DNA of 35,274 bases from Candidatus Methylomirabilota bacterium (GTDB taxonomy: Bacteria > Methylomirabilota > Methylomirabilia > Rokubacteriales > CSP1-6): assembly GCA_036005985.1 (NCBI GenBank), contig DASYQB010000262.1, positions 1 to 35,274 on the forward strand, read 5' to 3'. The notes under the pieces are model-generated. The model was not told where the DNA came from. It did not search any database and saw nothing but the letters and a program-made list of their open reading frames with translations. Positions 1 through 8,147 of this stretch are shown here, one piece after another. How positions within the stretch are numbered: position 1 is the stretch's first letter; each line of letters begins with the position of its first letter. The translations under genes and the position numbers were made by a program.

Positions 1-291
1 CTCTGTCAGGCGGCGATTCCCGGGGGCGTCAAGGTGACGAACCGGATCAGCCCGGGCTACGCAGGCTGGGATACGCGCGAGCAGGCTTCGCTCTTCCGGC
101 TCTGCCCGGGGGAGCCCATCGGGGTCACCCTCAACGAGGCGTGTGTCATGACGCCGGGCAAGAGCATCTCCTTTCTCGTTGGGGTCGGGCCTGCCGCCCG
201 CGTGGACCACTACTTCACCCAGTGCCGGCGCTGCTGGATGCGGGATTGTGCGTACCGCCGGGCTCCCGCCGTCCTCACCGTGCGGCGGTAG
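1..291 (+). CDS. C-terminal fragment (5' end outside the window) of a B12-dependent methionine synthase reactivation-domain (Met_synt_B12-like) protein
   Basis: Frame 1 is open from base 1 to TAG 289-291. The translation ...ISPGYAGWDTREQASLFRLC..GVTLNEACVMTPGKSISFLVGVG follows the SPGYxxW..Q..LF..L...G..L.E...M.P.KS pattern of the MetH activation domain. It ends with a C-x2-C-x4-C motif (CRRCWMRDC). Confidence 0.6.
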   Translation, partial: LCQAAIPGGVKVTNRISPGYAGWDTREQASLFRLCPGEPIGVTLNEACVMTPGKSISFLVGVGPAARVDHYFTQCRRCWMRDCAYRRAPAVLTVRR

Positions 292-326
292 GGACCCGCG
301 GGCGCAGGTGATACGATAGCCAGGCC

Positions 327-848
327 ATGGCGGAGAACGTGATCCTCGTCGGCTTCATGGGGGCGGGAAAATCGTCGGTCGGGCGCATCCTCGCCCGGCG
401 GCTCGGGCGGTGCTTCGTGGAGACGGACGAGATGATCACGGCCACGGAAGGCTGCTCCATCCCCGAGATCTTCGCGGAGAAAGGCGAGGGACACTTCCGG
501 ATGCTCGAGGACGCGGTGATTCGTCTCCTCGCCCTCAAGCGCGGCGATGTCATCGCCACCGGGGGAGGGCTGCCGTGCGCCGAGGGTCGCCTCGAGGCTC
601 TCCGCTCCATCGGCACCGTGGTGTGGCTGGGAGGGGATTTCGCCACGCTCTACGAGCGCGCGCTACGCGGCGGTGACCGACCCATGCTTCGCGGCAAGAC
701 GCGCGAGCAGGCGGAGGCGCTGTACGAAGGGCGCAAGGCTTTCTACTCTCGGGCGGACCTGGTAGTGGAGACGGCCGGCTTCAACCCCGACCAGGTCGCC
801 GCCCACGTGGCGGCCGCGCTCTCCGCGCGCCTGCGGCAGGCCGTGTGA
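327..848 (+). CDS. aroK: Shikimate kinase
   Basis: 173 aa. N-terminal Walker A motif VILVGFMGAGKSSVGR, a typical AroK length, and GGG in the shikimate-binding region. Confidence 0.9.
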   Translation: MAENVILVGFMGAGKSSVGRILARRLGRCFVETDEMITATEGCSIPEIFAEKGEGHFRMLEDAVIRLLALKRGDVIATGGGLPCAEGRLEALRSIGTVVWLGGDFATLYERALRGGDRPMLRGKTREQAEALYEGRKAFYSRADLVVETAGFNPDQVAAHVAAALSARLRQAV

Positions 849-2695
849 TGGCGGGGGCGTTCCTCGACCGGCTCCGCGAGCGTCCGCTCCTCGGCGACGG
901 CGCCATGGGCACCATGCTCTACGCGCGCGGTGTGCCGCTCGACGCCTGCTTCGACGTGCTCAACGTCAACGAGCCCAAGGTCGTCCAGGGCATCCATGCC
1001 GAGTACATCCAGGCCGGCGCGGACTGGATCGAGACGAATACCTTCGGCGCCAACCGCTTCAAGCTGGGCGTGCACGGACTGTCCTCCCGTGTGCGGGAGA
1101 TCAACCTTCGCGGGGTCAAGCTCGCGCGTGACGTGCGCGAGACGATGGGGCGCGATGTCTTCGTGATGGGCTCCATGGGACCCCTCGGCAAGTACCTCGC
1201 CCCTCTCGGCTCCATCACGCCCGAAGAGGGCCGGGCGGCGTTCCTCGAGCAGGCCGAGGGGCTTCTCGAGGGCGGGGTCGACGCCTTCGTGGTCGAGACG
1301 TTCTCCGATCTCACGGAGATCGAGCTGGCCGTGGAGGCGATTCGCGCCATCACCGACCTGCCCATCATCACCCAGGTTGCCTTCACCCAGGACCTCGTGA
1401 CCTTTCTCGGCCACACCCCGACCGAGGTGGCGCGGACGCTCCGGGAGCTGCCCGTGCAGGTGGTCGGCGCCAACTGCTCGGTCGGCTCGAGCACGCTGTT
1501 CGACGTGCTCGAGCACATGCTGCCCGAGGCGGGCGGCTTGCCCATCGCCATCCAGCCGAATGCCGGGTTGCCGAGCCGGATTGGCGAGCGGCTCATCTAC
1601 ATCTCGTCGCCCTCGTACATGGCCGACTACGCGGCGAGGATGATCGCGGCGGGGGCGCGCATGGTGGGCGGCTGTTGCGGCACGAACGCCGACCACATCC
1701 GGGCCATGCGCGAGGTGGTGGACCGCCACGTGCCGCGCGCCGGGGTAGCCTCGGTGGCCACGCCGCGGCGCGCCCGCCCCGAGGCGAGCGCGGCGCCGGC
1801 CCTCCTCACCACCGCCCCGCCGACATTGCTCCAGCGCAAGGTGGATGCTGGCGAGTTCATCGTCACCGTCGAGCTCGATCCGCCCCGCGGCCACAATATC
1901 GAGAAGCTGGTGCAGGGGGCCAAGCTCCTCAAGGAGCGCGGCGTCGACATCGTGGACATCAACGACGGCTCCCTCGGGCGGGTGCGCATGTCGGTGCTGC
2001 CCACGGCCATCCTCGTTCGGGAAGCGACCGGCCTCGACATCAACATGCATTTCACCTGTCGCGACCGGAACCTCATGGGCATCCAGGCTGACGCGCTGGG
2101 TGCGCACGCCCTCGATATCAGGAATATCCTCGCCATGACCGGCGATCCGCCGCGCACGGGTGACTACGTCAACGCCACCGCGGTGTTCGACGTGGACGCC
2201 ATCGGGCTCATCCGCATCCTCACCGGGATGAACGACGGGCGGGACGCCACGGGGAACTCGGTGGGCGAGCCCACGGCATTCTGCGTGGGAGCCGCCGTCG
2301 ATCCCGCCGCCGCCGAGCCTTCCCGTGAGATCGAGCGCCTGCTCGCCAAGGCGGAGGCGGGAGCGCGCTGGTGCCAGACCCAGCCCGTCTATGACCTCGA
2401 GGTGGTCGAGCGCTTCTTCCAGCGGACACGCTCCCCGATTCCCGTGGTGGTGGGCGTGCTGCCTCTGCACTCGTCGCGCCACGCCGAGTTCCTTCACAAC
2501 GAGGTGCCCGGCATCACCGTCCCCGATGCGGTCCGGTCACGCATGAAGGAAGCGGGAGATCGTGGACTGAGGGCGGGGATCGAGACGGCGCAGGCTCTCG
2601 TGTGTCAGCTCCGGGGCAAGTACGCCGGGGCCTACCTCATGCCCTCGTTCGGCCGATTCGAAGTGGTCGCAGAAGTTCTCGACGCCCTCCAGTAA
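845..2695 (+). CDS. Bifunctional homocysteine S-methyltransferase / 5,10-methylenetetrahydrofolate reductase (YitJ-like fusion)
   Basis: 616 aa. The N-terminal half looks like a Hcy-binding S-methyltransferase domain (LLGDGAMGTML..IETNTFGAN..GGCCGT). The C-terminal half looks like MTHFR (VELDPPRG..., INMHFTCRDRN, AMTGDPP). GTG 845 / ATG 848 overlaps the aroK stop. Confidence 0.85.
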   Translation: MMAGAFLDRLRERPLLGDGAMGTMLYARGVPLDACFDVLNVNEPKVVQGIHAEYIQAGADWIETNTFGANRFKLGVHGLSSRVREINLRGVKLARDVRETMGRDVFVMGSMGPLGKYLAPLGSITPEEGRAAFLEQAEGLLEGGVDAFVVETFSDLTEIELAVEAIRAITDLPIITQVAFTQDLVTFLGHTPTEVARTLRELPVQVVGANCSVGSSTLFDVLEHMLPEAGGLPIAIQPNAGLPSRIGERLIYISSPSYMADYAARMIAAGARMVGGCCGTNADHIRAMREVVDRHVPRAGVASVATPRRARPEASAAPALLTTAPPTLLQRKVDAGEFIVTVELDPPRGHNIEKLVQGAKLLKERGVDIVDINDGSLGRVRMSVLPTAILVREATGLDINMHFTCRDRNLMGIQADALGAHALDIRNILAMTGDPPRTGDYVNATAVFDVDAIGLIRILTGMNDGRDATGNSVGEPTAFCVGAAVDPAAAEPSREIERLLAKAEAGARWCQTQPVYDLEVVERFFQRTRSPIPVVVGVLPLHSSRHAEFLHNEVPGITVPDAVRSRMKEAGDRGLRAGIETAQALVCQLRGKYAGAYLMPSFGRFEVVAEVLDALQ

Positions 2696-2714
2696 ATTCT
2701 CCGGGGAGGATCGC

Positions 2715-4061
2715 ATGCCCGATCTGTACGACGTCACCGCCGCCGAAGCTGCGCGCCGCATCCGCTCGGGTGCGCTCTCTCCCTCGAATCTCCTCGCCTC
2801 GTGCCTCAAGCGCATCGATGCCGTGGAGCCCACCCTCAAGGCCTGGGTGCATCTCGACCGCGACGCGGCGGCGCGGGTGGCTGTGCAACGGGACATCGAG
2901 GCGCGCGAGGGGCGCTTCATGGGGCCGCTCCACGGCGTGCCCGTCGCCCTCAAGGACATCTACGACGCGGCCGGGCTCGTGACCACCTCCGGGGCGGGGC
3001 CGTGGGCCCATCGCCGCCCCACCGCGGATGCCGTATCGGTGGCACGGCTCCGGGCCGCCGGCGCGGTGATTCTCGGCAAGGTGACGACCACACCGTTCGC
3101 CCTTCGTGACCCGACGGCCACAGGCAATCCGTGGAATCCCGGACACACTCCGGGCGGCTCGTCGAGCGGCTCCGGATCCTCCGTGGGCGCGCGCATGGTG
3201 CCGCTCGCCCTGGGCACGCAGACCGTGGGATCGGTGCTGCGTCCGGCCGCCTATTGCGGGGTGGTGGGCTTCAAGCCCACCCACGGTCGGATCAGCACGG
3301 TCGGCGTCACCCCCCTCGCGTGGAGCCTGGACCACGTGGGCGTGCTGTGTCGCTCGGTGGAGGATGCGGCGCTGGGGCTCTCGATCATGGCCGGTCATGA
3401 TCCTGCCGACCCTCACTCCGTGGCGAGACCGATCGAGGACTTCGTGGCCGCTCTCGCCGAGCCGGGAGCACCGCGTATCGGCGTCTTGCGGAGCCTCGTG
3501 GACCGAGCCGAGCCGGCCAACGCGGCCCAGATCGAAGCGGTGCTCGAGACGCTTCGCAAGGAGGGCGCCCGGATCGAGGACGCTCCGCTCTCCGCGACCT
3601 TCGAGGGCATCCACGCTGCCGGAGATACGGTGGCGCGCTCCGAGGCGGCGGCCTTCCATCGCGATCTCTACGGGAAGCACGCCGCGGAGTATCCGAAGCA
3701 TATCGGTGAAGCGGTGAAGGTGGGACTCGGCCTCAACGCCGTGGACTATCTTGCCGCCCAGGCGCACCGGCGCGCCTTCCGTGCCGACATGGGCGCGGTG
3801 GCCGCCCGCTATGATGCCCTCGTATCGCCAGTGGCGGCCGGGCCCGCTCCCAAGGGGCTCGACTCGACGGGCGAGCCGTACTTCTGCGCGCCGTGGAGCT
3901 CGGCGGGGATGCCGTCCATCTCACTGCCCACCGGCCTCGCCTCCGATGGTCTGCCCTTCGCCGTGCAGCTCACGGGAATGCCGTGGGGCGAGGCTCGCTT
4001 GCTCGCCGCGGCCGCATGGTGCGAGCGCACGCTGGGATTCTCGGAGAATCCGCGCCTCTGA
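2715..4061 (+). CDS. Amidase-signature family enzyme (GatA-like amidase)
   Basis: 448 aa. Contains the amidase signature stretch GGSSSGSGSSVGA and the conserved KD..D/TTSG motifs. Confidence 0.85.
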   Translation: MPDLYDVTAAEAARRIRSGALSPSNLLASCLKRIDAVEPTLKAWVHLDRDAAARVAVQRDIEAREGRFMGPLHGVPVALKDIYDAAGLVTTSGAGPWAHRRPTADAVSVARLRAAGAVILGKVTTTPFALRDPTATGNPWNPGHTPGGSSSGSGSSVGARMVPLALGTQTVGSVLRPAAYCGVVGFKPTHGRISTVGVTPLAWSLDHVGVLCRSVEDAALGLSIMAGHDPADPHSVARPIEDFVAALAEPGAPRIGVLRSLVDRAEPANAAQIEAVLETLRKEGARIEDAPLSATFEGIHAAGDTVARSEAAAFHRDLYGKHAAEYPKHIGEAVKVGLGLNAVDYLAAQAHRRAFRADMGAVAARYDALVSPVAAGPAPKGLDSTGEPYFCAPWSSAGMPSISLPTGLASDGLPFAVQLTGMPWGEARLLAAAAWCERTLGFSENPRL

Positions 4062-4262
4062 TGGCGAGGGCGCTCTCGTAGGCACCCGCATGACGATTGA
4101 TGGCTCTCCCCCGGCGGGGTGCTCAACCACGCACCAGTGTAGGTGGGTGTAAGGGCTCACCGCCGTCCTGTCGGGCATTCCGCCCGAACTTGCCGTCTTG
4201 ACGATGGCTGCTCAAATTGCCATGGGCTGAAACCATGCGCACTTCGCGAGCATCCAAGGAGA

Positions 4263-4278
4263 TGGCACTTTGCTTGCT
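4263..4278 (+). promoter_or_regulatory. Consensus sigma-54 (-24/-12) promoter
   Basis: TGGCAC(4263-4268)-tttgc-TTGCT(4274-4278) is an exact match to TGGCAC-N5-TTGCW. It is intergenic and correctly oriented, with its -12 element 42 nt before ATG 4320. A locally AT-richer leader follows. Confidence 0.6.
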
Positions 4279-4319
4279 GCGTTCCCAGAGGTTCTAAAAT
4301 CAATCCTGAAAGGAATTCC

Positions 4320-4730
4320 ATGACACGCGTGTTGATGATCGATGAGAATCGTGCGCTGACCGAGTCGGTCGGCCTGCAGTGCCTCGAGCACGGGATGGCC
4401 GTTCGCATGGCCGACACATTTTGTGATGGCCTCCGCCAAGTGCTCCAAACGCCGGTCTCGCTGGTGATCGTCGCTTCGGGCCTCGTGCATCTCTCGGCGG
4501 GGGAGCTGGCCAAGCTCTTCGATATGATCGCTCCCGGCGTTCCCGTGGTGGTGCGCCTCGACGCCCGGCACACCATGGACGACCAGGTGCGCTTCGAGCT
4601 CCACGGCTTCCGGGTGGTGCGGGAGCCCTTTGATGTGGCCGATCTCGTGGTCAAGGGCGAGCGGCTTCCGCGCCGTGTCGCGCCGAGCCCTGTCGTGGCC
4701 GCCGCCGTCGTCGAGGCGGCATGCCGCTAG
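4320..4730 (+). CDS. Stand-alone receiver-like (pseudo-receiver) domain protein
   Basis: CheY-like layout (VLMIDEN...SLVIVASG...VVVRLDA...REPF). The phospho-acceptor Asp position reads Ala/Ser and the conserved Lys of KPF reads Glu. ATG 4320 follows GAAAGGAA. The longer GTG 4143 start would span the sigma-54 promoter. Confidence 0.6.
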   Translation: MTRVLMIDENRALTESVGLQCLEHGMAVRMADTFCDGLRQVLQTPVSLVIVASGLVHLSAGELAKLFDMIAPGVPVVVRLDARHTMDDQVRFELHGFRVVREPFDVADLVVKGERLPRRVAPSPVVAAAVVEAACR

Positions 4731-4954
4731 GCATCATCGAACGATTCGGGGGCAAGGTGCTCGCGTGGATCTCCGCCCTCGTGCTGCTCCTCGCGCTGAT
4801 CGGGCTCCTCGTCGCCACCGGTGAGTCACTGCGACGTCAGGAGCACCGGTCTCCGTTCACGAAAGCGGTCGAGCCCGATCTGCCTCGGCAAAGCCCCGAG
4901 GCTCCCGCTGAGGTCTATCACGCCCCGGGCGTGGCCGCCTGGCCCACACCGTGA
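4721..4954 (+). CDS. Small single-pass membrane protein, hypothetical
   Basis: 77 aa with one hydrophobic helix (VLAWISALVLLLALIGLLVA) and GC3-rich codons. It overlaps the preceding gene by 10 nt. No recognisable family. Confidence 0.4.
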   Translation: MPLGIIERFGGKVLAWISALVLLLALIGLLVATGESLRRQEHRSPFTKAVEPDLPRQSPEAPAEVYHAPGVAAWPTP

Positions 4955-5103
4955 TGCTGCGGTAGCCCGCCTACGGCTGCGGTCCGGGACATATGGTATA
5001 AACTGGAGAGGTAGCGCCGCAGCCGGCGCCCTCGCCTCCGATATTGGCTCTTCCGAGTATTGGGGCGTGCATCAAGGCGGAAGAGCGATTGAAGGAGATC
5101 CGG

Positions 5104-5499
5104 ATGGCCTCGAAACTATACGTGGGTGGGTTGTCGTATTCGACGACGAGTGAGACGCTGCGGGAATACTTCGCCCAGTGCGGCACGGTGGAGTCTGCGG
5201 CGGTCATCACCGACAAGTTCTCCGGTCAGTCGCGCGGTTTCGGTTTCGTCGAAATGGCCACCGCCGAGGAGGCTCAGCGCGCCATCTCGGAGCTCAATGG
5301 CAAGGATCTCGATGGTCGCAAGCTGACCGTGAATCTCTCGACTCCGAAAGCGCCGGGCTCCGGCGGCGGTGGACCGCGCGGGGGTGGCCGGCCGGGCGGC
5401 GGACGCCCGGGCGGGGGCGGACGGGGCGGCGGGTTTGGCGGGGGCGGGGATCGGGGCGCCTACGGCGTGCCCCCTTCAAAGAAGCCCTTCAAGTGGTAG
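5104..5499 (+). CDS. RRM-type RNA-binding protein with a Gly/Arg-rich (RGG) C-terminal tail
   Basis: RNP2 motif KLYVGGL and RNP1 motif RGFGFVEM, followed by GGGGPRGGGRPGGGRPGGGGRGGGFGGGG. AGGAG at 5093-5097 precedes the ATG. Confidence 0.9.
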   Translation: MASKLYVGGLSYSTTSETLREYFAQCGTVESAAVITDKFSGQSRGFGFVEMATAEEAQRAISELNGKDLDGRKLTVNLSTPKAPGSGGGGPRGGGRPGGGRPGGGGRGGGFGGGGDRGAYGVPPSKKPFKW

Positions 5500-5518
5500 C
5501 TGACTTCTAGATATTGTC

Positions 5519-5552
5519 CCAAGGGCGCGGAGAGTTCCCACCGCGCCCTTGG
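5519..5552. terminator. Bidirectional stem-loop terminator between convergent genes
   Basis: A perfect 12-bp inverted repeat, CCAAGGGCGCGG (5519-5530) / CCGCGCCCTTGG (5541-5552), with a 10-nt loop. It is flanked by T/A-rich stretches on both sides and lies between the stops at 5499 (+) and 5569 (-). Confidence 0.6.
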
Positions 5553-5568
5553 CGTTTCTAGCCCGTTT

Positions 5569-7413
5569 CTAGCCGAGGACGCGCTCGTAGCGGCCGTAGT
5601 CGTGGGCCGCGTCCATGAACCACTTCACGATCTCGGGATTCGACCGCGGCGGAATCTCGCATGAGGTCGACAGGATGAAGCCGGAGTGTCGTGCCGCGCT
5701 GTCGATACAGCGACGAACATCGGCCTCCATCTCCGCCTTGGTGGTCTTCTCGAACCTGGTCGCGTCCACGTTGCCGATGGCCACCGCGCGCCCCTTGGCC
5801 ACTTCCATGAACCGCCGGAGCTGGTCGACGTGAAGCTTGGGATCGGCCTGCTGGTCGAGGTCGAAGGAGACGGTGGTGAAGCCGCAGCCGATGATGTCCT
5901 CGAAGATCGGGTAGGTAGTCCCGCAGATGTGGGTGGTCAGGCCCACCTTCTTGGCCTTGAAGTACTCCACGAGCTCCTTGTGGTACGGAGCGATGAACTC
6001 CCGGTAGTTGTCCGGCGACACGAGGCTGATGGAGGCGGTGGGCTCGGAGAAGCTCAGGCCGATCTTGGTCTTCGCGATGGCGTCGCCCCATACCTTGCAG
6101 AAGTCCGTGGTGATCCGCATCACGTCGTGAATGAACTGGGGGTCCTCGAAGGTGTCGAGCAGCATCATCTCCGGATTGCGGAGGAGCATGGCAATGGTCC
6201 ACGGCCCTACCGCGACCGCCCCCATGGCGGCGGGGGGAGCGGCCTTCACGAGCGCCTCGCACTGCTCGAGAAAGCCGGGCAGCCGCGCAGTGCCGTAGGG
6301 GTCGGGCATCTTGATCTTGGCCAGGCTCGCCTTGTCTTCCAGCACGTGTCCCTCGATCGAAGGCACCACGTAGTCGGAGTACTTGACCTTGCACCCGAAG
6401 GCTTCGGCCTCCTTGGCGAGGTCGTTGTAGGCGAGCACCACGTCGGGCTGATAGCGCTCGTAGTAGTTCATCATGGCCGTGATGGCCTTGACGGGGTTCG
6501 TGCAGTACTCCTCGATGGACTGCCCGTCGAGGGTGCCCGCGAAGGCGGCCACGATCGGATAGACGGGCACCCGGTCGGAAAAGGAGCGCTTGTAGGCCGC
6601 GACCACGCGATCGCGGTTGGTCAGCGCCCCCTTGCCCTTCTCGGCGTCCCACAGCCGATTCACTTCCATGTAGCGCGGGGGCAACTTGGCCTCGTACTCC
6701 ATGAACTGGGTGATCGGATATCGGATGCCGCCATTGTGGGTGCCGCGGAGCCCTTCGACGATCTCCTCCATTCTGCCCCACGGGATGGCGAAGGCCATTT
6801 CGTGATCCTGGGTCTGGCCGAAGATGCGATCGCCGGAGCAGGGCAGGATGACCTGCGCCTCGCCCGTCTGCATGGTGGTGACGATGATGTCGGCGCACAC
6901 CGCGCGCCCCTCGAAGGAGGAGTGCAGGCGCCCCCCGCGCTTCCAGAGCGCGGCCTGGGTCAGCCGCATGACCTGGGCTGGATTGGCGTAGACGCAGACG
7001 AGGTGGGGTTCGAAGGTCGCCCGGTCGAGGGGCGCCACGAGGAGGGTCTCGTACTCTCCCGGCGCGAATTTGTCGATGGCCGCCTCGGAGCGCTGCCCCG
7101 CCTCCTTGGTCTCGGTATACATGCCCTCGCAGAGGGTGCCCACGTTGTAGATGGGGAGCGGCTTGTCGAAGCCAATGGCCGTGATGCCGAGCGAGCAGAT
7201 GTGGTCCTCGCGGGTGAGGGCGATCATCCAGCCGTAGCGGCGCGCCATGTCGATGACCTGACAGGACATGCTGAGCTTCTTGAAATCGCGGGCGGGCCGC
7301 CGCGCCCGCTCGGGAATCGGCTCGCCGGGCTTCAGCATGCGGATGGCCACGGGGAAGGTCTGGGGGCGGATATAGGTCTGGAGCTCCTTGTCCGCCGTCT
7401 TGACGTCGATCAT
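5569..7413 (-). CDS. Fusion protein: N-terminal DUF169 domain plus C-terminal URO-D-like (MtaA/CmuA, MT2-type) methyltransferase domain
   Basis: The N-terminal ~250 aa match the DUF169 pattern (FPVAIRML..., SCQVID, LVAPL...FEP..V..YANPAQVMRL.QA, CAD). The C-terminal ~360 aa are URO-D-like (DRVPVYP..., EAEAFG, THICG, SCEIPP). The start is placed at ATG 7413, which is preceded by GGAG; the ORF extends to 7467. Confidence 0.8.
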   Translation of the reverse strand: MIDVKTADKELQTYIRPQTFPVAIRMLKPGEPIPERARRPARDFKKLSMSCQVIDMARRYGWMIALTREDHICSLGITAIGFDKPLPIYNVGTLCEGMYTETKEAGQRSEAAIDKFAPGEYETLLVAPLDRATFEPHLVCVYANPAQVMRLTQAALWKRGGRLHSSFEGRAVCADIIVTTMQTGEAQVILPCSGDRIFGQTQDHEMAFAIPWGRMEEIVEGLRGTHNGGIRYPITQFMEYEAKLPPRYMEVNRLWDAEKGKGALTNRDRVVAAYKRSFSDRVPVYPIVAAFAGTLDGQSIEEYCTNPVKAITAMMNYYERYQPDVVLAYNDLAKEAEAFGCKVKYSDYVVPSIEGHVLEDKASLAKIKMPDPYGTARLPGFLEQCEALVKAAPPAAMGAVAVGPWTIAMLLRNPEMMLLDTFEDPQFIHDVMRITTDFCKVWGDAIAKTKIGLSFSEPTASISLVSPDNYREFIAPYHKELVEYFKAKKVGLTTHICGTTYPIFEDIIGCGFTTVSFDLDQQADPKLHVDQLRRFMEVAKGRAVAIGNVDATRFEKTTKAEMEADVRRCIDSAARHSGFILSTSCEIPPRSNPEIVKWFMDAAHDYGRYERVLG

Positions 7414-7580
7414 CGGAGGTCTCCGTTTCATCCTCAACATGCCGGAGGCATGTTGACCGTGGGCCAATCAGGTTAGGGCGATGCGCGTGATGGTGACCCT
7501 GCAGGTCTCTGAGAGCGTAGAGTCGGGGTACACCTTTGTCAAGCAATCGCGCGACTTTTCGATAGAATTGCCGCACTCTC

Positions 7581-7871
7581 ATGGCTCGCTACCGCATCGT
7601 GCACTGGAAAGAGATACCGTCGATGGTCGAGACGGCGGACGGGGCCGAGACGGCTCGCCGCCAGCTCTCGGCGAAGTTCCAGGATCTGATCGACGCCTTG
7701 GCCATGCGGGAGAACGAGACGGAGGGCGACGCCTATCTGGAGGGCTGGGGCCAGGGTGAGTGGATGGAGCGCCCGGGCTCGCCGGAGGAAGTGGCGGACG
7801 CGGTCGCCCTCGAGCTGGAGAACGGGTTCCAGGCCTTGCTCATGAAGCGCTTCCTGCCCAAGCCGGGCTGA
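7581..7871 (+). CDS. Small conserved hypothetical protein (HW-motif 'virulence factor'-like family, from memory)
   Basis: 96 aa with GC3-rich codons. The N-terminus YRIVHWKEIPSMVE...L..KFQDLIDALAM...DAYLEGW resembles small proteins annotated Virulence_fact that I recall from corrinoid/URO-D methyltransferase loci. This is not verified. Confidence 0.55.
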   Translation: MARYRIVHWKEIPSMVETADGAETARRQLSAKFQDLIDALAMRENETEGDAYLEGWGQGEWMERPGSPEEVADAVALELENGFQALLMKRFLPKPG

Positions 7872-7902
7872 CCCACCGGCGCCTCCGTTCGCTCTCCCCT
7901 CG

Positions 7903-7931
7903 TTGCGTCCTTCGCGGGCGCCCCCTATAAT
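7903..7931 (+). promoter_or_regulatory. Putative sigma-70 promoter (TTGCGT-N17-TATAAT)
   Basis: A perfect TATAAT at 7926-7931 lies 12 nt before ATG 7944, which implies a near-leaderless mRNA. TTGCGT at 7903-7908 is 17 nt upstream of it. Confidence 0.35.
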
Positions 7932-7943
7932 CCCGGCCAGCCA

Positions 7944-8147
7944 ATGAAGGCCCGGGAGCTTCTTGTCGCCTGCTTCGCCCTCTTCGGAGCGTGTCTCCTG
8001 TGGCCCCTCCTTGCCATCGCTAATCGCCCCCTCCTGATTCTCGGGGTGCCCGCCCTCGTCCTCTACCTGCTCGCCGTCTGGGTCGTCATCGTGACCGTGC
8101 TCGTGGTGGCCGCGGCGCGGCGCCGAGGGCTGGAGGACGACGAATGA
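7944..8147 (+). CDS. Small two-TM membrane protein (DUF3311-like accessory subunit of sodium:solute symporters)
   Basis: 67 aa with two hydrophobic helices and an RPLLILGVPALVLY motif. An ATGA overlap couples it to the SSS-domain sensor kinase. Confidence 0.6.
   Translation: MKARELLVACFALFGACLLWPLLAIANRPLLILGVPALVLYLLAVWVVIVTVLVVAAARRRGLEDDE

Noticed and set aside
743-2497. A 584-aa ORF on the minus strand, antisense to the Hcy-MT/MTHFR gene. Similar long antisense or off-frame ORFs occur at 5686-7476(+), 5558-7582(-), 8063-9121(-), 9337-11157(+ frame), 12597-14399(-), 17765-19414(-), 22181-23560(-), 24625-26373(-), 29726-31048(-), 32831-33841(-) and 33964-34914(-).
   Set aside because: These ORFs are Arg/Gly/Pro/His-rich low-complexity translations with no recognisable motifs. 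Each lies opposite to, or out of frame with, an ORF that has clear family signatures. Long open frames of this kind are expected in high-GC DNA because stop codons are rare.
5340-5460. Repetitive GGC/GGG/CGG DNA. A comparable AGC/TCG-rich stretch lies at 28850-28930.
   Set aside because: These are in-frame coding low complexity: the RGG tail of the RRM protein and the poly-Ser linker of the lipoprotein. They are not CRISPR or satellite repeats.
7536-7568. TTGTCA...TAGAAT as a sigma-70 promoter for the HW-motif gene.
   Set aside because: The spacer is 21 nt, which is too long for a canonical sigma-70 promoter.
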